A DNA stretch of 64,000 bases from the sequence record PQ227241.1; one strand, written 5' to 3'. Made by a program: the position numbers and the translations under genes. Shown piece by piece: positions 9,122-19,427 of this stretch. Within the stretch, counting starts at the first letter, position 1. Each line of letters begins with the position of its first letter. The notes under the pieces were generated by a model. That model had not been told where the DNA came from. It saw only the letters and a list, made by a program, of their open reading frames with translations, and searched no databases.

Positions 9122-10251
9122 TTTAATAAACTTCCATCTACTCTATAAAAACCATGGACATCACGTTTACCATTTAGACTAGGTATCTCATATGGATCAG
9201 TTGATGGATTTATCAGTTTGATTTTGCATTTATCTAAACGATCACGCAAGCTGATATTACCAGATAATGTTAAACCACGATACTGAATATCGATATTATC
9301 TAAATCAACAATGAGCGTACTAAGCTCCCCATTTGTTAAGTATGGTACTACAACCGAGTCAATTACTTTTGCAATTGTCTTAGCTTCAATATGTATCCAG
9401 TTTCCAATATGATTAGCAATCTCTGGAAACTTATCTAGATCTAATATGATACTATAGTCACACCTAATTTTGATAATTCCATTACTTGACCAATAATGCA
9501 TTGCACTATTTATACCACCTAGATGATTCTCCATAGGTGTGAACTTTAGCCGTCCATTGAAATCTATAAGCACTTTTGAGTTATCACACGCATCAACTAT
9601 TCTTGACCGATACATAAACATATTAAGTAGTTTTCTATTGATGGCCACAGTTGTACCATTAGTTAGTTCAACTACGACGATATCACCATCTGCTTCATAA
9701 GACTCTACAATTAGAGTTATTGGGTTACTATCAAATTTGGAATTATCAGATAACCCATCCATCACAATCTTGTAATTACTATTAACTGATTTAACTTGAT
9801 CTATTAAAGATGGATCAATGAAATCCTTAGTGAGTGATTTTGATGTGAAAATTACAGCCACATTTAGATCACTATTGATTGGTGTATTTACAGGTATGTA
9901 TTGTTCATTAGAGAAATAGAATAATTTAAGATCTTTTATATCAGTTAGATTAATAATATCTAATGAATTATTAGTTACTTTATACATGAATGAATCAAAA
10001 TTTTGTTCAACAAAATAAATCATCCATGTCTTAGTTTCTTTGGTATAATAACCCCATACTAAACTTCGATCATGTAATTTACCAGATAGCATTCCTGTGA
10101 AGTAACCTGACAAAATATCAATTTTATCAACATCTACATTTTCTCTGATGTATTTATCATTTAGATCAGCTATCTTTTGTTCTAATGTATCTACCTTTTT
10201 TGGTTTGTTAAAACTATCAATAACATTTTTTAAGTACTTAAACATAATCAT
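9118..10251 (-). CDS. Hypothetical protein (377 aa)
   Basis: Long ORF; AAGG RBS. Confidence 0.85.
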   Translation of the reverse strand: MIMFKYLKNVIDSFNKPKKVDTLEQKIADLNDKYIRENVDVDKIDILSGYFTGMLSGKLHDRSLVWGYYTKETKTWMIYFVEQNFDSFMYKVTNNSLDIINLTDIKDLKLFYFSNEQYIPVNTPINSDLNVAVIFTSKSLTKDFIDPSLIDQVKSVNSNYKIVMDGLSDNSKFDSNPITLIVESYEADGDIVVVELTNGTTVAINRKLLNMFMYRSRIVDACDNSKVLIDFNGRLKFTPMENHLGGINSAMHYWSSNGIIKIRCDYSIILDLDKFPEIANHIGNWIHIEAKTIAKVIDSVVVPYLTNGELSTLIVDLDNIDIQYRGLTLSGNISLRDRLDKCKIKLINPSTDPYEIPSLNGKRDVHGFYRVDGSLLK

Positions 10252-10300
10252 AAATTACCTTTTGAGTATAAACACGGAATAAAAGCGGTGTACACACCGC

Positions 10301-10600
10301 TTATTGTTCAAATTTGATTTTGATATATCCACCACCAACATTAGGCTGCTTAGGTCTTAGCCATCCTAGATTAAGATCCATATTCAAAACAAACGTATAC
10401 GCTGTTACTCCATTTTCATCATCAACACTAATGGAGTGCCATCCATCATGATTTTGATCTTTAAGAGAATGGATTTTGGGATATAGTTGATTATGATTCA
10501 AATCAAATACTGTAACATCTCCAATTGATCTAATTGGATAACCGCGAGATCCTAAATGATGGGCTCCTCTGCGGTCCAGTGAAATAATAGCTTCGTTCAC
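10301..10600 (-). CDS. Hypothetical early protein
   Basis: GTG start, GAGG RBS; promoter-like motif upstream. Confidence 0.75.
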   Translation of the reverse strand: MNEAIISLDRRGAHHLGSRGYPIRSIGDVTVFDLNHNQLYPKIHSLKDQNHDGWHSISVDDENGVTAYTFVLNMDLNLGWLRPKQPNVGGGYIKIKFEQ

Positions 10601-10677
10601 GATAATTACCTCATGTAGATGTTTCCATTAGTATATGCTAATCTATAATGTAGATCTCAAATAAAATTTAGTGCAAT

Positions 10678-10699
10678 AGCCCTCCCCGAAGGGAGGGCT
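10678..10699 (-). terminator. UUCG-loop CCCTCC-family hairpin
   Basis: agccctccc-cgaa-gggagggct. Confidence 0.75.
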
Positions 10700-10710
10700 T
10701 TATGACAACA

Positions 10711-10941
10711 TTACCGCTTACTCATTATCGCAGCTAGTTCAACTTTAAATAATGCTTCTTCGACTTTACGAGAAATAGCATTTATTTGAACACGTTTATT
10801 ATTTTCACGATCTAATGCAATTGTATTTTTTCGTGTACAATAATCGTGTAAACCCAGTTGTCGCCTAACATAGAAAATAACAATTAATTTCAAAACACGA
10901 ATATATCTCATAACGCGCTTGAACATTTTATAAATCCTCAA
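10711..10941 (-). CDS. Hypothetical protein
   Basis: ORF track. Confidence 0.7.
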   Translation of the reverse strand: MRIYKMFKRVMRYIRVLKLIVIFYVRRQLGLHDYCTRKNTIALDRENNKRVQINAISRKVEEALFKVELAAIMSKR

Positions 10942-10945
10942 TAAT

Positions 10946-11137
10946 TTAAGGAATTGCTTTTAAAGCTTCTTCGCGTTCAGCTAAAAGCTTATCATATTGT
11001 ATTTGTAATCGGTTAATTTCCGCACGAGTTAATTTTGTCTTAGCATTAGGTTTCAACTTATGGTTAATATCAACGGTAATACCATGGTACCTAAATAGAG
11101 CTTCCATTTTGGCTATTTTCTTTTCAATATCATCCAT
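10946..11137 (-). CDS. Hypothetical protein
   Basis: ORF track. Confidence 0.7.
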   Translation of the reverse strand: MDDIEKKIAKMEALFRYHGITVDINHKLKPNAKTKLTRAEINRLQIQYDKLLAEREEALKAIP

Positions 11138-11168
11138 AGCTAAAATCCAAAAAAAATAATAATGACTA

Positions 11169-11188
11169 AGGGGACCAGAAGGTCCCCT
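11169..11188 (-). terminator. Hairpin terminator
   Basis: aggggacc-agaa-ggtcccct followed by a long T tract on the minus strand. Confidence 0.7.
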
Positions 11189-11194
11189 ATATCG

Positions 11195-11671
11195 TTAGGC
11201 AGTAATAGCGCGGCGGAAGACTGAATCAAACTCTTCCTGGTATGCTTTAATCAGCTTTGCAGTTTCTTCACAAATGGTATTATTACCATAAAATGCATCT
11301 GCAAAAGATTCTTGCTTACGTACTTCACAACCGAATAGCTCAAGACCATTTTTTGCTAGCTCAACTTTGAACTTAGCTAATTCGGTCATACCAATTGGTT
11401 TGGCCCGCCCTTCTTCGATACCATTTTCTTTTAGTTTAATATTATCACATACACTGCAATGACGAACATCTTTTTGTTTGTTCTTACGGAAGTTAGGACT
11501 TGATTTAGTTTGTTTTGCAGCAATGTCCATAAAGGTTTCCCTAGAATTTTTACGAACCGCAGCTTCATGATTCTTTTTAGCTCGATTTTTCTGTTTCTTC
11601 TGAACCGGCTTCGGCTGTACACCCAGCATTGAACCAAGTTCACTCCAGGAAGAAATAGTATTGCGTGACAT
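11195..11671 (-). CDS. Basic early protein (monocistronic)
   Basis: GGAG RBS; own promoter-like motif and terminator; K/R-rich; CSVC motif. Confidence 0.8.
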   Translation of the reverse strand: MSRNTISSWSELGSMLGVQPKPVQKKQKNRAKKNHEAAVRKNSRETFMDIAAKQTKSSPNFRKNKQKDVRHCSVCDNIKLKENGIEEGRAKPIGMTELAKFKVELAKNGLELFGCEVRKQESFADAFYGNNTICEETAKLIKAYQEEFDSVFRRAITA

Positions 11672-11710
11672 GTATTAGAATCTCCTATATATGTTGATTA
11701 TATCACATTT

Positions 11711-11728
11711 GTGATATACTGTTTAAAA
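11711..11728 (-). promoter_or_regulatory. Early-type promoter variant (TATATCAC)
   Basis: Minus strand ttttaaacagTATATCAC, 40 nt upstream of the 11671 start. Confidence 0.5.
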
Positions 11729-11761
11729 TGCTTTGAATGTATAAACCACTATGTTGGTCAA

Positions 11762-11998
11762 TCATAGATAGAATGGTTCATGAATAACAACCCGATAACG
11801 AGTGTTATATTGGTTAATTGGAAACATATGAACAATCTTAAAATGCAGTTCAGCAACCAAATTAAAGAATTCAGCATGCATGTTATCAGTTGAAATATCA
11901 AATGAGATTGTATCATTAACTGCACAAAGTTCTGAATCAGATGCCTTTGTAATTTCAGTTAGCCGACTGACAAACTTTTCTTGGTTAGGACTAAGCAT
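11762..11998 (-). CDS. Hypothetical protein
   Basis: ORF track; coupled to dcd. Confidence 0.7.
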   Translation of the reverse strand: MLSPNQEKFVSRLTEITKASDSELCAVNDTISFDISTDNMHAEFFNLVAELHFKIVHMFPINQYNTRYRVVIHEPFYL

Positions 11999-12000
11999 TA

Positions 12001-12570
12001 TTAAAGTCTCGCTGTTGTGATACCAATTTGATTTTGATATTTACCATTACGTTTTGCATAACTAACTTCACATGGGGCATCACCTCTAAAGAACATAAAC
12101 TGAGCAATACCCATATCAGCATAAATTTTTAGAGGTAGTGTAGTGCAGTTTGCAATCTCAATAACGACTTGTCCTTTGAAACCTGGTTCAATAGGAGTGA
12201 CATTAACAATTGCACCTAGTCGTGCATAGGTTGATTTACCTGTGCAAATAGCTAGGACATCATCTGGAATATTAAACGATTCTACAGTATGACCAAGAAT
12301 ATAACTGTTAGGTGGAATAATACAATAATCACCAGTCCAATCTACTAAGAATCCATCACTAGGGTCTAATGGGTCAATAACTGCACTTGTTACATTAGAA
12401 AAGATCTTAAAATTACGGGCTAGCCTTACATCGTACCCATATGAACTAAGCCCATAACTAATAATCTTTTTACCATCTTTTTCACGGACCTGGTGACCAA
12501 TGAAATCCGTAATCATTGGTTCACGACCTTTAGATAAGTCAGTGATTGTTTTATCAGATAGAATAGCCAT
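12001..12570 (-). CDS. dcd: dCTP deaminase
   Basis: ISYGLSSYGYDVRL, GKSTYARLG, VTPIEPGFKGQVVIEI, YQNQIGIT motifs. Confidence 0.95.
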   Translation of the reverse strand: MAILSDKTITDLSKGREPMITDFIGHQVREKDGKKIISYGLSSYGYDVRLARNFKIFSNVTSAVIDPLDPSDGFLVDWTGDYCIIPPNSYILGHTVESFNIPDDVLAICTGKSTYARLGAIVNVTPIEPGFKGQVVIEIANCTTLPLKIYADMGIAQFMFFRGDAPCEVSYAKRNGKYQNQIGITTARL

Positions 12571-12593
12571 TTTTAACTTTTCCTGTTAAGTAA

Positions 12594-13178
12594 TCATCCC
12601 CAGAATCGGGCGATGAAGTGAACACACTCCATCTTTTTAGTTTCTTCCAGGAACTTGAAATAACCATCATCCACACCATTGCTCAAAAATAGCTGGCGAT
12701 AGGTTTTTTCCGAAATGACTTCACCATTAACATCTTGATCGAACATCGTTGGCTTCTGATCATAATCGAAGTTCCAGAGGTCTTCCATATTGAAGATCAT
12801 TGTAAGTGGGTACCAACCATCTTCACTATAATAGGCGTACGGTGTTAGATTGTCCTGTTTGGAATTGACAATTTGTGAAAGGCGACCTTCAAAGTTGTTC
12901 CATACTGGATGCGAGTCATCACTGACGAGTGTACCAAATCCACAGCCTTTAAGAGTCGGTCGACAGAATCGGTTGGTATACTCATTATTATCGGTTAACC
13001 AATCCCAAAGATAATAGCAACGGCTAAAGTTAAGAGCCTCGCATGTATGCATGTCAATGAATTTAAGTACACGTGCACCATCTGAAGAACGTGTGGAACG
13101 TTTGGTAACTACAGGGAAAACATCAATACCCATTTTAATCATCCATTTAACAGAATTTTTCTTGACCAGGGATTTCAC
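12594..13178 (-). CDS. Hypothetical protein
   Basis: ORF track; start may be downstream. Confidence 0.75.
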   Translation of the reverse strand: MKSLVKKNSVKWMIKMGIDVFPVVTKRSTRSSDGARVLKFIDMHTCEALNFSRCYYLWDWLTDNNEYTNRFCRPTLKGCGFGTLVSDDSHPVWNNFEGRLSQIVNSKQDNLTPYAYYSEDGWYPLTMIFNMEDLWNFDYDQKPTMFDQDVNGEVISEKTYRQLFLSNGVDDGYFKFLEETKKMECVHFIARFWG

Positions 13179-13491
13179 CGTCCATAACCTCTAGTACCCA
13201 ACGGCCAGTCATCAACTCACGTGCAACATCACATGCCGCCCCGCCAATCTTCTCAGCTACTTTGTCCAGCAGAATTGGATGATAGTTGTGATCACCCATT
13301 ACTGCGAACTTGCTTTCCCGTTCTATTTCAGCAAGTAAATCAGTGTCAACCCATTCAACACGCCCATCTGGATAGACAATATTAAGACCATACCACTTAC
13401 AATAGTTTTCGATGGTTACAACTGGAATGTCATAAACACCTTTAAAACACAGCGGTAACTTACGATCTGAGTAATGAATACGTTCAGTCAT
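13147..13491 (-). CDS. Hypothetical protein
   Basis: ORF track. Confidence 0.75.
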   Translation of the reverse strand: MTERIHYSDRKLPLCFKGVYDIPVVTIENYCKWYGLNIVYPDGRVEWVDTDLLAEIERESKFAVMGDHNYHPILLDKVAEKIGGAACDVARELMTGRWVLEVMDGEIPGQEKFC

Positions 13492-13907
13492 TTGCCATTC
13501 ACCAATTCAAAATAATTTTTTAGTAGATCTTCAGTTATTGGACGAGTATGTTCTTTAATCGATAATTCCTTACTGTCCATTTCAATTTCATATTCAGAAA
13601 TTTGAAATTGCTTATGTGGCACTGAACCATCTAACATAATGATCACATCTGCTAAGACTTGATCCACTGCACATTGCAACAAATTATTAACTTGTTGATT
13701 ATCAGTAAGTGAGTAATCATTGATGGCTTTATTACGAATGTCATATAGCCTTTTACTTAAAGGAGTATTACGTTCAATATGTTCTGTTCGCCACTCTTCT
13801 AAAATCTGTTCTGTACTTAGTTTGGATAATGACGATCCGCCAAGTTTCTTCCTAACTTCATTTTCTGAAAATGGTTTATCATGCCAGAATTGATGATCTT
13901 GTTTCAT
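13488..13907 (-). CDS. Hypothetical protein
   Basis: ORF track; AGGA RBS. Confidence 0.8.
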   Translation of the reverse strand: MKQDHQFWHDKPFSENEVRKKLGGSSLSKLSTEQILEEWRTEHIERNTPLSKRLYDIRNKAINDYSLTDNQQVNNLLQCAVDQVLADVIIMLDGSVPHKQFQISEYEIEMDSKELSIKEHTRPITEDLLKNYFELVNGK

Positions 13908-13919
13908 AGTGAATCCTTT

Positions 13920-14177
13920 TTATAATTTAGAAATAGGTTTTAATACCGTATCTTTTTCATTGAATGGATTATAAACTTTATGCGGATTAATCATCTTTAG
14001 TTGCTCATTCTTTCTTTCTAAATAAGCATCTGATGGTTTAATTGTTTTAGTTTTCCAAAAGTCATCGATTGGTTTTAACTTATCCATTTCTGACTGTTCG
14101 TTATCAAAAGGAGTTTCCCGATTTCTTAGTCGGGTCGAATTGAATAGGAGTCGTAAACTCCCGTCGTAATTCCTCAT
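13920..14177 (-). CDS. Hypothetical protein (start uncertain)
   Basis: ORF track. Confidence 0.55.
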   Translation of the reverse strand: MRNYDGSLRLLFNSTRLRNRETPFDNEQSEMDKLKPIDDFWKTKTIKPSDAYLERKNEQLKMINPHKVYNPFNEKDTVLKPISKL

Positions 14178-14439
14178 CTAAATTCTTCTCTTGAATTAAT
14201 TTAGGAAAATGTTTTCTAACTGTTTTAATTGAAGCTATTAAATTGGAATAGGCTTTTTCTATGGACATTTTTATAACTCAAAATACATTATAAAGACAGT
14301 GGCTAAAACCACTGTCTAATTATTTCCCATAATGATCCACCTATAACTGCACTTAGAAAAAGCATTTTGAATATGGGTGGTTCTTCTTGTTCATGTTGCA
14401 TGTCTGATTTATTATTTTCGCTAGCCATTTTCTTTTACT

Positions 14440-14808
14440 CTAATGCCCACCATATTCTCTAATTTTCTCACCATCCCAAAACTCATAACCAGTCATATTG
14501 TGATTAAATGGCTTTATTTTAGTAAACCCACTACGATAGATCCAGAAATGACCAGTGCCTCTTTTTAAGCGGCACTTATACATTGCTTTTTTCTCATATT
14601 CCGTGGGAGGGCTAATTTCTAGAACTTCAAGTTCATCACCCCGTATACAGAATAGCGCTGGTGGATGCTCACAGGATGCTTTCATACCGAGAACACCTGT
14701 TGACCAAACTGTATCACCTGGCTTAATAACAGTGATGTCATTTGATACAGGTATTACAGGAATTGCACACATATTAGATGCTCCAGAGTAATTACCTCCA
14801 AAGAGCAA
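14440..14808 (-). CDS. Hypothetical protein, SH3-like beta-barrel pattern
   Basis: IKPGDTVW...GDELEVLEI...YKCRL...FWIY pattern. Confidence 0.65.
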   Translation of the reverse strand: MLFGGNYSGASNMCAIPVIPVSNDITVIKPGDTVWSTGVLGMKASCEHPPALFCIRGDELEVLEISPPTEYEKKAMYKCRLKRGTGHFWIYRSGFTKIKPFNHNMTGYEFWDGEKIREYGGH

Positions 14809-14899
14809 ACACTGATATATTCATAGTCTGCTCTTTAGTAATATTTAAGAAGTTGGAATACTCATACTGGAGATAAACTAATGTCCATTTATACTAATC

Positions 14900-15502
14900 T
14901 CATTGTGTATAATAATTCTTTTTGAGATTATCCATATCGTAAGAATCATGTTTGAACTCAAACTTCTTAGCTATCTCACTCGAAAAAGCTTGTTTACGTT
15001 TTTCTTCTTGTTCACGGATATCGTAAGGACCATTCTCTTTAACAAGATATTTTTTATACGGCCCAGTTCCTTGGATATATCCATCAGGAATAATGGTTGT
15101 GAGATATTTAGCCTCTACCAACCGGATGCACCGTCCATAACCAACTTCATTGGCATGACGAACTTGGATTAGTTGTCTATTCTTGGCAATACGTTCAGAT
15201 ATGCATGGGAAGTAAACCGGATCATCTCCTTTTTTACAGTTACCCATATCAACCTTTGCGTACAGAATTTTTCTATGATTGGCTTCGAAGAAAGCCCGAG
15301 CTTCACGAATACGTTGGGACCGAATAGCTTCCTTAGTTCTGACATTCTTTAGATGTGCAGGTTGTAAAAAAGGATTCATCTTTCGCACGTGACGTTGGAT
15401 AAGTTTTGTCGTGTAATGAGGTGAATCATTAGCCATAGCCAGTAGGCTATTGTACATCTCAATCGACATGATTACTTGCTGCGGGTCATTATTGCGCTGC
15501 AT
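14900..15502 (-). CDS. Basic hypothetical protein
   Basis: ORF track; GGAG RBS. Confidence 0.8.
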   Translation of the reverse strand: MQRNNDPQQVIMSIEMYNSLLAMANDSPHYTTKLIQRHVRKMNPFLQPAHLKNVRTKEAIRSQRIREARAFFEANHRKILYAKVDMGNCKKGDDPVYFPCISERIAKNRQLIQVRHANEVGYGRCIRLVEAKYLTTIIPDGYIQGTGPYKKYLVKENGPYDIREQEEKRKQAFSSEIAKKFEFKHDSYDMDNLKKNYYTQ

Positions 15503-15609
15503 GCTGATCTCCGTATGTGAAATAATGCTTTACTTTAAGGTCATCAGGATTATAAATAACACGTTGGAATTCATGTTTCTTCGCTAGTTTAAAAGCAGCT
15601 TACTTTTCC

Positions 15610-16710
15610 TTAGAAACCTACACGACTTGCTTTGCGTGGGCTACTGCAAGAACTAGTATTCAATGCTTCAGCTAAAGTAAGATTATTACCGACAAACTCA
15701 ACTGGATCTAGACCATTAGCTAAACGAGCTGCATTCGCTTGTTCAGCAGTAAGTGTTTTGAAGGTAAGAATATCGAAAGCACGGCCAGGTCGAACTAAAG
15801 CTTCATCAACATCACGAAGAGTCGGAAGATTAGTAGAAATGATAATCTTGGTCTTAGTAGATACTAGACCAGCTGTAGCATTTAATAGCCCTGACATATT
15901 ACTATTACCATCTACACGTTTAGCCACCATTTTATCAGAGTCTTCTGTAATAATGAGTGAATTATCCTCAACACCACGAATAAAATTAGTCAAACCGGCG
16001 TGGCCAAGTACATCATCTTGATCAGCTAGATACACATTACGATCATTATAACCACGAGCCCGAATAATCTCATTGATATAATTAGACTTACCAGTACCAG
16101 GAGGACCAATCAATAGTAGAACATTAGATTCAGATGCAGCGAATTCAGTCCAGATTTCAACTGGAGATCGATCTAGGAATGGATACATTTCCATCATATT
16201 TGGATTGTAGTTACGAACAGAAATAACTTCACTAAAGCTATATAGTTCATTATTTTGATAGTTAACCCGAATTCTTTTAATACTAGGTGGACGAGTCTGA
16301 TCAAATACTTCTTCAAAACGTAATTTAAATACTTTGATCAGTTCTTCATTGGAGTATAATCTAAAGTTCTGACTAGTGGTACCTTCCATTCCATTCATTA
16401 GGAAACCAATGATTCCTTCATCATCTAGTAATGCAAAACCACCACTAATTCTGAATGCTTTCAGATTTAAAGGGCTTATAACTTCATCACATAGTTTGTA
16501 AATTTGTTCTTTGATGAATTCTTTTCTATCAACTCCAAAAGGATAGTGAATACGTAGATCTTCACTATCTGAACTAATTCCCTGTTCATTAAGAGTATAG
16601 CGATATGCATTGGAAATTGCACGGCCATTATCAACCTCCATAGCAATGGAGATAAAACGATCAATCCACTTCTGCTGGACTAACGTAAGTTTGCTATTAC
16701 GATAATTCAT
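15610..16710 (-). CDS. AAA+ ATPase with N-terminal accessory domain
   Basis: Walker A GPPGTGKS; Walker B-like IITEDSD; sensor ISTN; SRH DEALVRPGRAFD. Confidence 0.9.
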   Translation of the reverse strand: MNYRNSKLTLVQQKWIDRFISIAMEVDNGRAISNAYRYTLNEQGISSDSEDLRIHYPFGVDRKEFIKEQIYKLCDEVISPLNLKAFRISGGFALLDDEGIIGFLMNGMEGTTSQNFRLYSNEELIKVFKLRFEEVFDQTRPPSIKRIRVNYQNNELYSFSEVISVRNYNPNMMEMYPFLDRSPVEIWTEFAASESNVLLLIGPPGTGKSNYINEIIRARGYNDRNVYLADQDDVLGHAGLTNFIRGVEDNSLIITEDSDKMVAKRVDGNSNMSGLLNATAGLVSTKTKIIISTNLPTLRDVDEALVRPGRAFDILTFKTLTAEQANAARLANGLDPVEFVGNNLTLAEALNTSSCSSPRKASRVGF

Positions 16711-16751
16711 TTGATGTTCCTTTTCTAATTGATAATCTAATTTGAGACGAT

Positions 16752-16781
16752 ATAAACCCTCCTACTAAGAGGAGGGTTTAT
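16752..16781 (-). terminator. CCCTCC-family hairpin terminator
   Basis: ataaaccctcct-actaag-aggagggtttat. Confidence 0.7.
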
Positions 16782-16813
16782 TTTGGCTATTATAACTAAT
16801 TCATTTGAGAAAA

Positions 16814-17467
16814 TTAATTATTATATTCATCCATCAATTCAGGTAGACGGCTATCTCTAGGATCTAAGATTTCAGACCAATCAATTGGCATATATGGCTC
16901 ATCAGATTCATTTTTATTTAACCATTCTTCTAGTCTCTTTACATCATCGGACCAGTATAGGTTATACATAGTTGGCACATTTGCATCTAATGCCAACTGC
17001 CACGCTGTATTAGTACCACCACTAATTACAGAGGTTGGTGTCTTTTGTTCACCGTATGCAATAATAGTTGAAACAGGTTCACGTAAAGTATGGCCATGAA
17101 TTTGAAATACATTACGAGTATGTAGTTCAATACCTGTTCTACCTAAACCATTGAAACTTCCCCGAGCTGCACAGGCCATTGCCATAGCTGTGGGAATGGT
17201 ATCAGTATATACGGAGGCATCATGAAACCACGCTAGATTCTCAATTCGTCTTCCAAGAAATCCATTTCGAATAATGTAAATACGACTTTCTACTGTATCC
17301 CATTTATCAGACTGAATTGCACCATACCAACCAGCTCTATCTGATCCATATGCATCGCCTGATGAAATACCTATACCTAGATCAACAAATGTTCTTCCTG
17401 CGCGTATCATCAATTCTAGGGCCCATGTAGGGGCATAGCGACTACCGACAATAGCTGTCATTGCCAT
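16814..17467 (-). CDS. SLOG-superfamily (DprA/Smf/YpsA-like) protein
   Basis: AIVGSR, ISSGDAYGSDRA, RNVFQIHG, GGTNTAWQLA motifs. Confidence 0.8.
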   Translation of the reverse strand: MAMTAIVGSRYAPTWALELMIRAGRTFVDLGIGISSGDAYGSDRAGWYGAIQSDKWDTVESRIYIIRNGFLGRRIENLAWFHDASVYTDTIPTAMAMACAARGSFNGLGRTGIELHTRNVFQIHGHTLREPVSTIIAYGEQKTPTSVISGGTNTAWQLALDANVPTMYNLYWSDDVKRLEEWLNKNESDEPYMPIDWSEILDPRDSRLPELMDEYNN

Positions 17468-18177
17468 TATCTAACCCTCATTAGAAGACGGATATCACCG
17501 TACTTAAGAACGGCATTTCGGACTTGATAAATAAAAGGTTTAAATTCTTTTCGCTGTTGATCAGCCGTGAGTGTATAAGTTACTTTGATAGGTTCATTAG
17601 GAACATTGCAGAAAGATAGATAACGCGATACTCGACGTAGATTACGTAGGTGATTCTTACCACATTTAGGCCCGACTCGTTGTAACCGACCGTCGATAAC
17701 CTTCCAATCATAATTAGCTTTAAGGTTTAGAGAATAAAAACTTTCAGTTAAATTCTTATAATACTGTAATTGTTTTTGAGAGATTTTATTAATTTTTGGT
17801 TCATCTGTTACAAGACGTGGGCTATACCGTGAATAACAATCTGGTTCTGACATACGATCCCAGGACATATAAGTATATAGACTCATATATACTGTTTTAG
17901 TAACTGGTTTAAGCTCACTCATACCTTTTAGAATAGCTTCACCACTAATCCATGCATCACAGCGTGGATCATCATCATAACTACTCCACCATTCTGGTTT
18001 CTTTTTCAGATCATCAGGAACACCATTATGGTAAGCAAATGGTTTTACATCCCAATAATTGCGAATATCAAGTAGATATGCATAAAGATCATAATTCTGT
18101 GTTAGTTCAATATCTTCGATACCAATCCATTCATTATTTACTTTAGCTTGAGTTTCTAAATATACATAATCACCCAT
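17467..18177 (-). CDS. Conserved phage hypothetical protein
   Basis: NYDLYAYLLDIRN...GVPDD motif of a widespread phage family (recalled). Confidence 0.75.
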   Translation of the reverse strand: MGDYVYLETQAKVNNEWIGIEDIELTQNYDLYAYLLDIRNYWDVKPFAYHNGVPDDLKKKPEWWSSYDDDPRCDAWISGEAILKGMSELKPVTKTVYMSLYTYMSWDRMSEPDCYSRYSPRLVTDEPKINKISQKQLQYYKNLTESFYSLNLKANYDWKVIDGRLQRVGPKCGKNHLRNLRRVSRYLSFCNVPNEPIKVTYTLTADQQRKEFKPFIYQVRNAVLKYGDIRLLMRVR

Positions 18178-18381
18178 TTTCTTTATTTCCTGTATTAGAT
18201 TAATATAAATGTTTTATAACAACTATTTCAATATTGAATAACGTATTATTGGTTGTTTTAATTTACTACTCAACCTGATAATGTGTAATACGTCTATCTA
18301 TATATCTCTTTTCTCTGGTGAAGAGCATTAGCATTATTCCAAGGTAGAGTCCTTATTCTATTAAACATATGAGTAAATAAT

Positions 18382-18403
18382 CCCTCCCCAATAAAGGGGA
18401 GGG
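18382..18403 (-). terminator. CCCTCC-family hairpin
   Basis: ccctcccc-aataaa-ggggaggg. Confidence 0.65.
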
Positions 18404-18419
18404 TATATGTTATCTTAAT

Positions 18420-18821
18420 TCATGCTTTTGAAAGATCATATTTAATAGCTTCATCTTTCATAGGAGTTAATACAATAGTCACTTTTTCAAAACCATGTAT
18501 ATCCCTACCATTATAAGAAATATCAATACTCTCCCAATCCTGGTTAACTACTTCAGCATGAAGAATATTTTTAATATTGATAGCATCTGTTTTATCAAAC
18601 CATTTAAAAACCTTTGGGTTAAATACAAGTTCGAAAGTAGTTTGATATGGATAGCTTTTCTGTTTAACAAGCCTACTAGATGCTAGTGATGTATTCTCAA
18701 TGTTTCGAATAACATCAATCATTGCTTTACGGATAGTAAGTAATTTACTTTTCAGAACCAAATCAATAAATGCTGGATCAGTTGTCATTACTTCTTTTAC
18801 AGATGGAAATGTGATTTCCAT
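18420..18821 (-). CDS. Hypothetical early protein
   Basis: GAGG RBS; likely paralog of 18986..19381. Confidence 0.8.
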   Translation of the reverse strand: MEITFPSVKEVMTTDPAFIDLVLKSKLLTIRKAMIDVIRNIENTSLASSRLVKQKSYPYQTTFELVFNPKVFKWFDKTDAINIKNILHAEVVNQDWESIDISYNGRDIHGFEKVTIVLTPMKDEAIKYDLSKA

Positions 18822-18837
18822 AGCATCCTCTTATAGG

Positions 18838-19014
18838 TTAATTATTAAAAGATAAATCATAATCACTTTGTCTGCGATTCGGATTAACAGGATCAGGATA
18901 TTTTCCAGTTTTGATAACTTCTTTTATAGCTCTAAAATCACGTTCTAGAAAATCTAGTTTTTTAACTAACTCTTTTTCTAATTCTTTATTGAGTAGTCTT
19001 CTTAATTTGCTCAT
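18838..19014 (-). CDS. Small basic helical protein, 58 aa (below track cutoff)
   Basis: Hand translation MSKLRRLLNKELEKELVKKLDFLERDFRAIKEVIKTGKYPDPVNPNRRQSDYDLSFNN; fills the gap exactly. Confidence 0.6.
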   Translation of the reverse strand: MSKLRRLLNKELEKELVKKLDFLERDFRAIKEVIKTGKYPDPVNPNRRQSDYDLSFNN

Positions 19015-19381
19015 CTACGTATACTCTTACAATGAACCAATTGATTAGGCCAAAACCTTTTGGTGTGATGGTAATGTCATCTTTATATCCATTTTTAGTG
19101 ATTACATTACGTAATACTTTAATTGCTTCAGGTGGAATAAGATTAGCATTACCGGTAACACTATACTCGAAATAATAACCTACACCTGGTAAATAACCTG
19201 ATGCAATCTGGTTAGTACCTGTGATATTACTAACGTGTTGGAAGTCACTAAAAGCATTCTTGTAGAATAACAAAATATTAGGAATTACTTCATCCCTAAT
19301 AGTAGAACTAGTAATGGCATCCGCCGATGGAAAATAAGGTACTAATTCATCTGTTACATTGGTGCTATTAATATCGGACAT
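18986..19381 (-). CDS. Hypothetical early protein
   Basis: GAGG RBS; first gene after a TATATTAC promoter. Confidence 0.8.
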   Translation of the reverse strand: MSDINSTNVTDELVPYFPSADAITSSTIRDEVIPNILLFYKNAFSDFQHVSNITGTNQIASGYLPGVGYYFEYSVTGNANLIPPEAIKVLRNVITKNGYKDDITITPKGFGLINWFIVRVYVDEQIKKTTQ

Positions 19382-19427
19382 AATCTTTTCCTCATTATAA
19401 AAGGATAAATATCTTTATGGTAATCCT

